Of a DNA stretch of 64,000 nucleotides, positions 12,001 to 25,300 are shown piece by piece. Every line of letters begins with the position of its first letter. Positions within the stretch are counted from its first letter, which is position 1. The notes below the pieces were generated by a model. It was not told the origin of the DNA. It ran no database searches and saw only the letters and a list, made by a program, of their open reading frames with translations. The DNA is from Nemertoderma westbladi (Eukaryota; Animalia; Xenacoelomorpha). The position numbers and the translations under genes are program-made. The DNA lies in assembly GCA_032718475.1 (NCBI GenBank), contig JAUCBJ010008363.1, positions 248,001 to 312,000 on the forward strand. Direction: 5' to 3'.

Positions 12001-15000
12001 CGAAAGTCATAAGAACAGTTAACACTTTCATTTATAGAAGTAATCAGCTGTTATTTGCTTCGTCTTTCCCCAGGAGATGGATGAAATTTGATTGCGTCGG
12101 AACACCCACTTTTTGAGGTTCTCAGAGTGGAGAGAAAAGCAGCCTATCTATCTCCCTGTTAATATTGTTGTGTTCTAGAATATTTATTATAGTTTCATCG
12201 TATTGCCAAAGCTGCTGGAGCCGAAATTAATATGTAATGCAATAATTCACCTCAAATTTCTCAGCTATTTCATGAATATAATGAGTATTAAAGCCATGTC
12301 AAAATCCTTGGGGTTTTTCAGCAACAATTTATTAAAATCTCTTTTGATTTTTTACAAAAAACGACATCGATTTTCATATTTATAACTTCTAACCCACTCC
12401 AAGAGATAGACAATCTTAAACGAAAGTCAAAAGAACAGGTAACACTTACATTTATAGAAGTAATCAGCTATTCTTTGCTTCGCCTTTCCTCTGGAGATGG
12501 ATGAATTTTGATTCCGTTGGAACACCCCCTTTTTGAGGCTCTAAGAGTGAAGAGATAAGTAGCCTATTTCCGTGTTAATATTGTTCTGTTGTACAATATT
12601 TATTATAGTTTCATCGTATTGCCAAAGCGGCTGGAGCCGAAGTTAATATGTGATACAATAATTAACCTCAAATTTCTCAGCTATTTCATGAATATAATGA
12701 GTATTAAAGCCATGTCAAAATCCTTGGGGTTTTTCAGCAATAATTTATCAAAATATCCTCTGATTTTTTTCAAAAACCACATCGATTTTCATATTTATAA
12801 CTTCTAACCCACTCCATGAGATAGAGAATCTTAAATGAAAGTCAAAAGAACAGGTAACACTTACATTAGAAGTAATCAGCTGTTATTTGCTTCGTCTTTC
12901 CCCTGGAGGTGGTTAAATTTTGATTGTGTCAAAACACCCCTCCCAATCTGTGGCTGTCTGAGTGGAGAGATAAGTAGCCTATCTCCCTGTCAATCTTGTT
13001 TTGGTCTAGAATATTTATTATAGTTTCATCGTATTGCCAAAGCGGCTGGAGCCAAGGTTAATATGTAATGCAATAATTCACCTCAAATATCTCAGCTATT
13101 TCATGAATATAATGAGTATTAAATCCTTGTCATAATCCTTGGTGTTTTTCAGCAATAATTTATTAAAATATCCTCAGATTTTTTACAAAAAACGACATCG
13201 ATTTTAATATTCATGACTTCTAACCCACTCCATGAGATAGAGAATCTTAAACGAAAGTCATAAGAACAGTTAACACTTTCATTTATAGAAGTAATCAGCT
13301 GTTATTTGCTTCGTCTTTCCCCAGGAGATGGATGAAATTTGATTGCGTCGGAACACCCACTTTTTGAGGTTCTCAGAGTGGAGAGAAAAGCAGCCTATCT
13401 ATCTCCCTGTTAATATTGTTGTGTTCTAGAATATTTATTATAGTTTCATCGTATTGCCAAAGCTGCTGGAGCCGAAATTAATATGTAATGCAATAATTCA
13501 CCTCAAATTTCTCAGCTATTTCATGAATATAATGAGTATTAAAGCCATGTCAAAATCCTTGGGGTTTTTCAGCAATAATTTATCAAAATATCCTCAGATT
13601 TTTTACAAAAAACCACATCGATTTTCATATTTATAACTTCTAACCCACTCCACGAGATAGAGAATCTTAAACGAAAGTCATAAGAACAGGTAATACTTAC
13701 ATTTATAGAAGTAATCAGCTGTTATTTGCTTCGTCTTTCCCCTGGAGATGGATGAATTTTGATTGCGTCGGAACACCCCCTTTCTGAGGCTTTCAGAGTG
13801 AAGAGAAAAGTAGCCTATCTCCCTGTTAATATTGTTGTGTTCTAGAATATTTATTATAGTTTCATCGTATTGCCAAAGCGGCTGGAGCCAAAGTTAATAT
13901 GTAATGCAATAATTCACCTCAAATTTCTCAGCTATTTCATGAATATAATGAGTATTAAAGCCATGTCAAAATCCTTGGGGTTTTTCAGCAATAATTTATC
14001 AAAATATCCTCTGATTTATTTCAAAAACCACATCGATTTTCATATTTATAACTTCTAACCCACGCCATGAGATAGATAATCTTAAACGAAAGTCATAAGA
14101 ACAGGTAACACTTTCATTTATAGAAGTAATCAGCTGTTATTTGCTTCGTCTTTCCCCAGGAGATGGATGAAATTTGATTGCGTCGGAACACCCCCTTTTA
14201 GAGGCTCTCAGAGTGGAGAGAAAAGTAGCCTATCTCCCTGTTAATATTGTTGTGTTCTAGAATTTTTATTATAGTTTCATCGTATTGCCAAAGCGGCTGG
14301 AGCCGAAATTAATATGTAATGCAATAATTCACCTCAAATTTCTCAGCTATTTCATGAATATAATGAGTATTAAAGCCATGTCAAAATCCTTGGGGTTTTT
14401 CAGCAATAATTTATCAAAATATCCTCAGATTTTTTACAAAAAACGACCTCGATTTTCATATTTATAACTTCTAACCCACTCCACGAGATAGAGAATCTTA
14501 AACAAAAGTCATAAGAACAGGTAACACTTACATTTATAGAAGTAATCAGCTGTTCTTTGCTTCGTCTTTCCCCTGGAGATGGATGAATTTTGATTGCGTC
14601 GGAACACCCCCTTTCTGAGGCTCTCAGAGTGGAGAGATAAGTATCCTATCTCCCTGTTAATATTGTTGTGTTCTAGAATATTTATTATAGTTTCATCGTA
14701 TTGCCAAAGCGGCTGGAGCCAAAGTTAATATGTAATGCAATAATTCACCTCAAATTTCTCAGCTATTTCATGAATATAATGAGCATTAAAGCCATGTCAA
14801 AATCCTTGGGGTTTTTCAGCAATAATTTATCAAAATATCCTTAGATTTTTTACAAAAAACGACATCGATTTTCATATTTATAACTTCTAACCCACTCCAC
14901 GAGATAGAGAATCTTAAACGAAAGTCATAAGAACAGGTAACACTTACATTTATAGAAGTAATCAGCTGTTCTTTGCTTCGTCTTTCCCCTGGAGATGGAT

Positions 15001-18000
15001 GAATTTTGATTGCGTCGGAACACCCCCTTTCTGAGGCTCTCAGAGTGAAGAGAAAAGTAGCCTATCTCCCTGTTAATATTGTTGTGTTCTAGAATATTTA
15101 TTATAGCTTCATCTTTATTGCTAATGTGGCTGGAGTTAAAGTTATTATGTAATGCAATAATTCACCTCAAATATCTCAGTTTTTGTATGAATATAATAAA
15201 GTATTAAAGCCATGTCAAAGTCCTTGGGTTTTTTCAGCAATAATTTATCAAAATATCCTTAGATTTTTTACAAAAAACGACATCGATTTTCATATTTATA
15301 ACTTCTAACCCACTCCACGAGATAGAGAATCTTAAACGAAAGTCATAAGAACAGGTAACACTTTCATTTATAGAAGTAATCAGCTGTTCTTTGTTTCGTC
15401 TTTCCCCTGGAGATGGATGAATTTTGATTGCGTCGGAACACCCCCTTTTTGAGGCTCTCAGAGTGAAGAGATAAGTAGCCTATCTCCCTGTTAATATTGT
15501 TGTATTCTAGAATATTTATTATAGTTTCATCGTATTGCCAAAGCGGCTGGAGCCGAAGTTAATATGTGATACAATAATTCACCTCAAATATCTCAGTTTT
15601 TTCATGAATATAATAAAGTATTAAAGCCATGTCAAAATCCTTGGGGTTTTTCAGCAATAATTTATCAAAATATCCTCAGATTTTTTACAAAAAACGACAT
15701 CGATTTTCATATTTATAACTTCTAACCCACTCCACGAGATAGAGAATCTTAAACGAAAGTCATAAGAACAGGTAACACTTACATTTATAGAAGTAATCAG
15801 CTGTTCTTTGCTTCGTCTTTCCCATGGAGATGGATGAATTTTGATTGCGTCGGAACACCCCCTTTCTGAGGCTCTCAGAGTGAAGAGATAAGTAGCCTAT
15901 CTCCCTGTTAATATTGTTGTGTTCTAGAATATTTATTATAGTTTCATCGTATTGCCAAAGCGGCTGGAGCCAAAGTTAATATGTAATACAATAATTCACC
16001 TCAAATTTCTCAGCTATTTCATGAATATAATGAGTATTAAAGCCATGTCAAAATCCTTGGGGTTTTTCAGCAATAATTTATCAAAATATCCTCTGATTTT
16101 TTTCAAAAACCACATCGATTTTCATATTTATAACTTCTAACCCACTCCACGAGATAGGGAATCTTAAACGAAAGTCATAAGAACAGGTAACACTTTCATT
16201 TATAGAAGTAATCAGCTGTTATTTGCTTCGTCTTTCCCCAGGAGATGGATGAAATTTGATTGCGTCGGAACACCCCCTTTTAGAGGCTCTCAGAGTGGAG
16301 AGAAAAGTAGCCTATCTCCCTGTTAATATTGTTGTGTTCTAGAATTTTTATTATAGTTTCATCGTATTGCCAAAGCGGCTGGAGCCGAAATTAATATGTA
16401 ATGCAATAATTCACCTCAAATTTCTCAGCTATTTCATGAATATAATGAGTATTAAAGCCATGTCAAAATCCTTGGGGTTTTTCAGCAATAATTTATCAAA
16501 ATATCCTCTGATTTTTTTCAAAAACCACATCGATTTTCATATTTATAACTTCTAACCCACTCCACGAGATAGATAATCTTAAACGAAAGTCATAAGAACA
16601 GGTAACACTTTCATTTATAGAAGTAATCAGCTGTTATTTGCTTCGTCTTTCCCCAGGAGATGGATGAATTTTGATTGCGTCAGAACACCCCCTTTTTGAG
16701 GCTCACAGAGTGAAGAGATAAGTAGCCTATTTCCCTGTTAATATTGTTCTGTTGTAGAATATTTATTATAGCTTCATCTTTATTGCTAATGTGGCTGGAG
16801 TTAAAGTTATTATGTAATGCAATAATTCACCTCAAATATCTCAGTTTTTGTATGAATATAATAAAGTATTAAAGCCATGTCAAAGTCCTTGGGTTTTTTC
16901 AGCAATAATTTATCAAAATATCCTTAGATTTTTTACAAAAAACGACATCGATTTTCATATTTATAACTTCTAACCTACTCCACGAGATAGAGAATCTTAA
17001 ACGAAAGTCATAAGAACAGGTAACACTTTCATTTATAGAAGTAATCAGCTGTTCTTTGCTTCGTCTTTCCCCTGGAGATGGATGAATTTTGATTGCGTCG
17101 GAACACCACCTTTTTGAGGCTCTCAGAGTGAAGATATAAGTAGCCTATCTCCCTGTTAATATTGTTGTATTCTAGAATATTTATTATAGTTTCATCGTAT
17201 TGCCAAAGCGGCTGGAGCCGAAGTTAATATGTGATACAATAATTCACCTCAAATATCTCAGTTTTTTCATGAATATAATAAAGTATTAAAGCCATGTCAA
17301 AATCCTTGGGGTTTTTCAGCAATAATTTATCAAAATATCCTCAGATTTTTTACAAAAAACGACATCGATTTTCATATTTATAACTTCTAACCCACTCCAC
17401 GAGATAGAGAATCTTAAACGAAAGTCATAAGAACAGGTAACACTTTCATTTATAGAAGTAATCAGCTGTTCTTTGCTTCGTCTTTCCCCTGGAGATGGAT
17501 GAATTTTGATTGCGTCGGAACACCCCCTTTTTGAGGCTCTCAGAGTGAAGAGATAAGTAGCCTATCTCCCTGTTAATATTGTTGTGTTCTAGAATATTTA
17601 TTATAGTTTCATCGTATTGCCAAAGCGGCTGGAGCCAAAGTTAATATGTAATACAATAATTCACCTCAAATTTCTCAGCTATTTCATGAATATAATGAGT
17701 ATTAAAGCCATGTCAAAATCCTTGGGGTTTTTCAGCAATAATTTATCAAAATATCCTCTGATTTTTTTCAAAAACCACATCGATTTTCATATTTATAACT
17801 TCTAACCCACTCCACGAGATAGGGAATCTTAAACGAAAGTCATAAGAACAGGTAACACTTTCATTTATAGAAGTAATCAGCTGTTATTTGCTTCGTCTTT
17901 TCCCAGGAGATGGATGAAATTTGATTGCGTCGGAACACCCCCTTTTTGAGGCTCTCAGAGTGGAGAGAAAAGTAGCCTATTACCCTGTAAATATTTTTGT

Positions 18001-20814
18001 GTTCTAGAATATTTATTATAGTTTCATCGTATTGCCAAAGCGGCTGGAGCCGTAATTAAAATGTAATGCAATAATTCACCTCAAATATCTCAGCTATTTC
18101 ATGAATATAATGAGTATTAAATCCTTGTCAAAATCCTTGGTGTTTTTCAGCAATAATTTATTAAAATCTCTTTTGATTTTTTACAAAAAACGACATCGAT
18201 TTTCATATTTATAACTTCTAACCCACTCCAAGAGATAGACAATCTTAAACGAAAGTCAAAAGAACAGGTAACACTTACATTTATAGAAGTAATCAGCTGT
18301 TCTTTGCTTCGTCTTTTCCCAGGAGATGGATGAAATTTGATTGCGTCGGAACACCCCCTTTTTGAGGCTCTCAGAGTGGAGAGAAAAGTAGCCTATTACC
18401 CTGTAAATATTTTTGTGTTCTAGAATATTTATTATAGTTTCATCGTATTGCCAAAGCGGCTGGAGCCGTAATTAAAATGTAATGCAATAATTCACCTCAA
18501 ATATCTCAGCTATTTCATGAATATAATGAGTATTAAATCCTTGTCAAAATCCTTGGTGTTTTTCAGCAATAATTTATTAAAATATCCTCTGATTTTTTTC
18601 AAAAACCACATCGATTTTCATATTTATAACTTCTAACCCACTCCATGAGATAGAGAATCTTAAATGAAAGTCAAAAGAACAGGTAACACTGGTAACACAG
18701 TGAAGATATAAGTAGCCAATCTCCCTGTTAATATTGTTGTGTTCTAGAATATTTATTATAGTTTCATCGTATTGCCAAAGAGACTGGAGCTGAAGTTAAT
18801 ATATAATGCAACAATTCACCTCAAGTATCTCAGCTATTTCATGAACATAATGAAGTATTAAAGACATGTCAAAATCCTTGGTGTTTTTCAGCAATAATTA
18901 ATCATAATATCCTTTGATTTTTTTCAAAAACCACATCGATTTTCATATTCATGACTTCTATCCCAGTCCACAAGATAAAGAATCTTAAACGAAAGTCAAA
19001 AAACAGGTAACACTTACATTAGAAGTAATCAGCTGTTATTTGCTTCGTCTTTCCCCTGGTGGTGGTTAAATTTTGATTGTGTCAAACCACCCCTCCCAAT
19101 CTGTGGCTGTTTGAGTGGAGAGATAAGTAGCAAATCTCCCTGTCAATCTTGTTGTGGTCTAGAATATTTATTATAGTTTCATCGTATTGCCAAAGCGGCT
19201 GGAGCCAAGGTTAATATGTAATGCAATAATTCACCTCTTTATCTCAGCTATTTCATGAATATAATGAGTATTAAATCCTTGTCATAATCCTTGGTGTTTT
19301 TCAGCAATAATTTATTAAAATATCCTCAGATTTTTTACAAAAAACGACATCGATTTTAATATTCATGACTTCTAACCCACTCCAAGAGATATACAATCTT
19401 AAATGAAAGTCAAAAGAGCAGGAAATACTTACATTTATAGAAGTAATCAGCTGTTATTTGCTTCGTCTTTCCCCAGGAGATGGATGAAATTTGATTGCGT
19501 CGGAACACCCACTTTTTGAGGTTCTCAGAGTGGAGAGAAAAGCAGCCTATCTATCTCCCTGTTAATATTGTTGTGTTCTAGAATATTTATTATAGTTTCA
19601 TCGTATTGCCAAAGCGGCTGGAGCCAAAGTTAATATGTAATGCAATAATTCACCTCAAATTTCTCAGCTATTTCATGAATATAATGAGTATTAAAGCCAT
19701 GTCAAAATCCTTGGGGTTTTTCAGCAATAATTTATCAAAATATCCTCTGATTTATTTTAAAAACCACATCGATTTTCATATTTATAATTTCTAACCCACT
19801 CCACGAGATAGATAATCTTAAACGAAAGTCATAAGAACAGGTAACACTTTCATTTATAGAAGTAATCAGCTGTTATTTGCCTCGTCTTTCCCCAGGAGAT
19901 GGATGAATTTTGATTGCGTCAGAACACCCCCTTTTTGAGGCTCTCAGAGTGAAGAGATAAGTAGCCTATTTCCCTGTTAATATTGTTCTGTTGTAGAATA
20001 TTTATTATTGCTTCATCTTTATTGCTAATGTGGCTGGAGTTAAAGTTATTATGTAATGCAATAATTCCCCTCAAATATCTCAGTTTTTTCATGAATATAA
20101 TAAAGTATTAAAGCCATGTCAAAATCCTTGGGGTTTTTCAGCAATAATTTATCAAAATATCCTCAGATTTTTTACAAAAAACGACATCGATTTTCATATT
20201 TATAACTTCTAACCCACTCCACGAGATAGAGAATCTTAAACGAAAGTCATAAGAACAGGTAACACTTACATTTATAGAAGTAATCAGCTGTTCTTTGCTT
20301 CGTCTTTCCCCTGGAGATGGATGAATTTTGATTGCGTCGGAACACCCCCTTTTTGAGGCTCTCAGAGTGAAGAGATAAGTAGCCTATCTCCCTGTTAATA
20401 TTTTTGTGTTCTAGAATATTTATTATAGTTTCATCGTATTGCCAAAGCGGCTGGAGCCGAAATTAAAATGTAATGCAATAATTCACCTCAAATATCTCAG
20501 CTATTTCATGAATATAATGAGTATTAAATCCTTGTCAAAATCCTTGGTGTTTTTCAGCAATAATTTATTAAAATCTCTTTTGATTTTTTACAAAAAACGA
20601 CATCGATTTTCATATTTATAACTTCTAACCCACTCCAAGAGATAGACAATCTTAAACGAAAGTCAAAAGAACAGGTAACACTTACATTTATAGAAGTAAT
20701 CAGCTATTCTTTGCTTCGCCTTTCCCCTGGAGATGGATGAATTTTGATTGCGTCGGAACACCCCCTTTTTGAGGCTCTCGGAGTGGACAGATAAGTAGCC
20801 TATTTCCCTGTTAA
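9049..20814. repeat. ~416-bp satellite, segment 3
   Basis: Continuous monomers. Deletion-variant junctions at 11278 and 18682. Local 1251-bp trimer duplication (12203 and 13454). Confidence 0.98.
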
Positions 20815-22366
20815 CCCTATTAAACCCGGGGGGGGGTCAATATGACCCCCCCCGTGGTTTTTTTATTATAATTCTGAAACAAAGGCAGTTGGGAATCTGA
20901 AATTTTATGACTTTTCCTAAAAATCTATTGCCTTCCTAGTAGTGAAAACCGTTTTCAAAAATATTGGGTACTTTTCGAGTTATAGCACCATTTTTTAACC
21001 CTACTTTTGGCACTTTTTTTGAGACGTTTTTTGAAAATTACATTTCATTAAATATGAATTGTAACATCTCTATTTTTGATTTACACCGGTTTTTTGGTGT
21101 TAGAAATTTGATGGAATTCATATAAATTGATTTAGAAATTTCAAACTTGTTTTTTTCGGCGGGTGCCAAATTTTGGTGCCAGCACCAAATTTCGAAATAA
21201 GTCAATTTTGTAAATTGATCGTTTGAAACTTGTTTTTTACGCAATTGGGGTTTTTTGGGTTTCTGGATTCGATGAAATATATACGAGTTGCACCAAGCGT
21301 ATCAAACTTGTATTTTTTGGTGCTGTGTGCAAATTTTGGTGCTAGCACGAAATTTTGAAAATCCATTCAATAGATAAAATTGCTTGTGACAATTTATTTC
21401 TTGCGTTTTAGAGGTTTATGGCTGTTCTGAATTCAATGGAAAATATAATTATCGATCTAGACATCTCAAACTTGTATTTTTCGGATGTGGGTGCAAAATT
21501 TGGTGCTAGCACCAAATTTTGAAAACCATCAAATATATCAATTGATTGTGTCACCTTGTTTCTTGCGTTATACGGGTTTGTGATGGTTCTGAATTCAATG
21601 GAATCAGTAAAAATTTCATAAGAGTTCTCAAACTTGTATTTTTCGCCGGTGGGTGAAAATTGATGTGCCAGCACCAAATTTTGGAAAATATGCAAATTGA
21701 TAAGTAGATAGTATCACCTTGTTTCTTGCGTTATACGGGTTTATGAGGGTCCTGAATCCGATGGAATCAATAAAAACAGCACTGGACATCGCAAACTTGT
21801 ACTTTTTGGTGATGGGTACGAAATTTGGTGCTAGCACCAAAATTTGCCAAATTACGCCGAAAAATACAAGTAGCAATGATCTGGCATATTAGAAATGTAT
21901 TCCATTAGAATCAGCGCCCTCGAAAACCTGAAAATGTGAATTTATAGCATCGTATAAGTGAATTACAAATTTTGTGTTCTAACTGAAAAGTGCTGGTTAC
22001 TTGTTTTTTTCATTTTTTTCCTACGCAGAGAGGACTAAACAGCCATTTATAGTAATCATATCATTTTTTAATATTTTCCAATGTATTTTGCACCCCAGAA
22101 AACCTGTATTGAAAAATAATTAGCCGAAAATGTAACTTTCAAATTTGGTGAAAATTGTGCACTACTTGTAATTTTGGTGCTGCAATATAACCACCCCAGT
22201 ACATTTTTTCGAAAATTTTTTTTTTCGGTCGGATCCAGACAAGTGATACCTAAGTACAAACAAAAAATCAGACGTTTTCGTAAATATTTGTAGATTTTAG
22301 AGGGGGGGGTCAATATGACCCCTCCCCGGTATTTGTACAACATTTTATAGCCCGGTACTAATAGGG
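20815..22366. mobile_element. Non-autonomous piggyBac-like DNA transposon B (1552 bp) with internal tandem repeats
   Basis: TTAA TSD at 20811-20814 and 22367-22370. Imperfect TIRs CCCTATTAAACCCGGG / CCCGGTACTAATAGGG. Subterminal GGGGGGGTCAATATGACCCC at both ends. Matching empty site at 35244-35247. Confidence 0.9.
21100..21850. repeat. About 5 diverged copies of a ~162-bp unit inside element B, each with a palindromic core
   Basis: (T/G)CAAACTTGT at 21141, 21302, 21466, 21628 and 21791. Perfect 28-bp palindrome CAAAATTTGGTGCTAGCACCAAATTTTG at 21494-21521. Confidence 0.88.
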
Positions 22367-25300
22367 TTAATATTGTTCTGTTGTAGAATATTTATTATAG
22401 TTTCATCGTATTGCTAATGTGGCTGGAGTTAAAGTTATTATGTAATGCAATAATTCACCTCAAATATCTCAGTTATTTCAAGAACATAATGAAGTATTAA
22501 AGACATGTCAAAATCCTTGGGGTTTTTCAGCAATAATTTATCTAAAAATCCTCAGATTTTTTACAAAAAACGACATCGATTTTCATATTTATAACTTCTA
22601 ACCCACTCCACGAGATAGAGAATCTTAAACGAAAGTCATAAGAACAGGTAACACTTACATTTATAGAAGTAATCAGCTGTTAATTGCTTCGTCTTTCCCC
22701 AGGAGATGGATGAATTTTGATTGCGTCGGAACACCCCCTTTCTGAGGCTCTCAGAGTGGAGAGATAAGTAGCCTATCTCCCTGTTAATATTGTTGTGTTC
22801 TAGAATTTTTATTATAGTTTCATCGTATTGCCAAAGCGGCTGGAGCCAAAGTTAATATGTAATGCAATAATTTACCTCAAATTTCTCAGCTATTTCATGA
22901 ATATAATGAGTATTAAATCCTTGTCAAAATCCTTGGTGTTTTTCAGCAATAATTTATTAAAATCTCCTTTGATTTTTTACAAAAAACGACATCGATTTTC
23001 ATATTCATCACTTCTAACCCACTCCAAGAGATAGACAATCTTAAACGAAAGTCAAAAGAGCAGGTAACACTTACATCTATAGAAGTAATCAGCTATTCTT
23101 TGCTTCGCCTTTCCTCTGGAGATGGATGAATTTTGATTGCGTCGGAACACCCCCTTTTTGAGGCTCTCAGAGTGGACAGATAAGTAGCCTATTTCCCTGT
23201 TAATATTGTTCTGTTGTAGAATATTTATTATAGTTTCATCGTATTGCTAATGTGGCTGGAGTTAAAGTTATTATGTAATGCAATAATTCACCTCAAATAT
23301 CTCAGTTATTTCAAGAACATAATGAAGTATTAAAGACATGTCAAAATCCTTGGGGTTTTTCAGCAATAATTTATCTAAAAATCCTCAGATTTTTTACAAA
23401 AAACGACATCGATTTTCATATTTATAACTTCTAACCCACTCCACGAGATAGAGAATCTTAAACGAAAGTCATAAGAACAGGTAACACTTACATTTATAGA
23501 AGTAATCAGCTGTTAATTGCTTCGTCTTTCCCCAGGAGATGGATGAATTTTGATTGCGTCGGAACACCCCCTTTCTGAGGCTCTCAGAGTGGAGAGATAA
23601 GTAGCCTATCTCCCTGTTAATATTGTTGTGTTCTAGAATTTTTATTATAGTTTCATCGTATTGCCAAAGCGGCTGGAGCCAAAGTTAATATGTAATGCAA
23701 TAATTTACCTCAAATTTCTCAGCTATTTCATGAATATAATGAGTATTAAATCCTTGTCAAAATCCTTGGTGTTTTTCAGCAATAATTTATTAAAATCTCC
23801 TTTGATTTTTTACAAAAAACGACATCGATTTTCATATTCATCACTTCTAACCCACTCCAAGAGATAGACAATCTTAAACGAAAGTCAAAAGAACAGGTAA
23901 CACTTACATCTATAGAAGTAATCAGCTATTCTTTGCTTCGCCTTTCCTCTGGAGATGGATGAATTTTGATTCCGTCGGAACACCCCCTTTTTGAGGCTCT
24001 AAGAGTGAAGAGATAAGTAGCCTATTTCCGTGTTGATATTGTTCTGTTGTACAATATTTATTATAGTTTCATCGTATTGCCAAAGCGGCTGGAGCCGAAG
24101 TTAATATGTGATACAATAATTAACCTCAAATTTCTCAGCTATTTCATGAATATAATGAGTATTAAAGCCATGTCAAAATCCTTGGGGTTTTTCAGCAATA
24201 ATTTATCAAAATATCCTCTGATTTTTTTCAAAAACCACATCGATTTTCATATTTGTAACTTCTAACCCACTCCATAAGATAGAGAATCTTAAATGAAAGT
24301 CAAAAGAACAGGTAACACTGGTAACACAGTGAAGAGATTAGTAGCCTATCTCCCTGTTAATATTGTTGTGTTCTAGAATATTTATTATAGTTTCTTTGTA
24401 TTGCCAAAGAGACTGGAGCTGAAGTTAATATATAATGCAACAATTCACCTCAAGTATCTCAGCTATTTCATGAACATAATGAAGTATTAAAGACATGTCA
24501 AAATCCTTGGTGTTTTTCAGCAATAATTAATCATAATATCCTTTGATTTTTTTCAAAAACCACATCGATTTTCATATTCATGACTTCTATCCCAGTCCAC
24601 AAGATAAAGAATCTTAAACGAAAGTCAAAAAACAGGTAACACTTACATTAGAAGTAATCAGCTGTTATTTGCTTCGTCTTTCCCCTGGAGGTGGTTAAAT
24701 TTTGATTGTGTCAAAACACCCCTCCCAATCTGTGGCTGTCTGAGTGGAGAGATAAGTAGCCTATCTCCCTGTTAATCTTGTTGTGGTCTAGAATATTTAT
24801 TATAGTTTCATCGTATTGCCAAAGCGGCTGGAGCCAAGGTTAATATGTATTGCAATAATTCACCTCAAATTTCTCAGCTATTTCATGAATATAATGAGTA
24901 TTAAAGCCATGTTAAAATCCTTGGAGTTTTTCAGCAATAGTTTATCAAAATATCCTCAGATTTTTTTCAAAAACCACATCGATTTTCATATTTATAACTT
25001 CTAACCCAATCCATGAGATAGATAATCTTAAACGAAAGTCATAAGAACAGGTAACACTTTCATTTATAGAAGTAATCAGCTGTTATTTGCTTCGTCTTTC
25101 CCCAGGAGATGGATGAAATTTGATTGCGTCGGAACACCCCCTATTTGAGGCTCTCAGAGTGGAGAGAAAAGTAGCCTATTACCCTGTAAATATTTTTGTG
25201 TTCTAGAATATTTATTATAGTTTCATCGTATTGCCAAAGCGGCTGGAGCCGAAATTAAAATGTAATGCAATAATTCACCTCAAATATCTCAGCTATTTCA

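Noticed and set aside
21038-22343. Minus-strand ORFs in element B as transposase remnants
   Set aside because: They are translations of the 162-bp repeat and the terminal sequence, with no DDD or Cys-rich piggyBac motifs.
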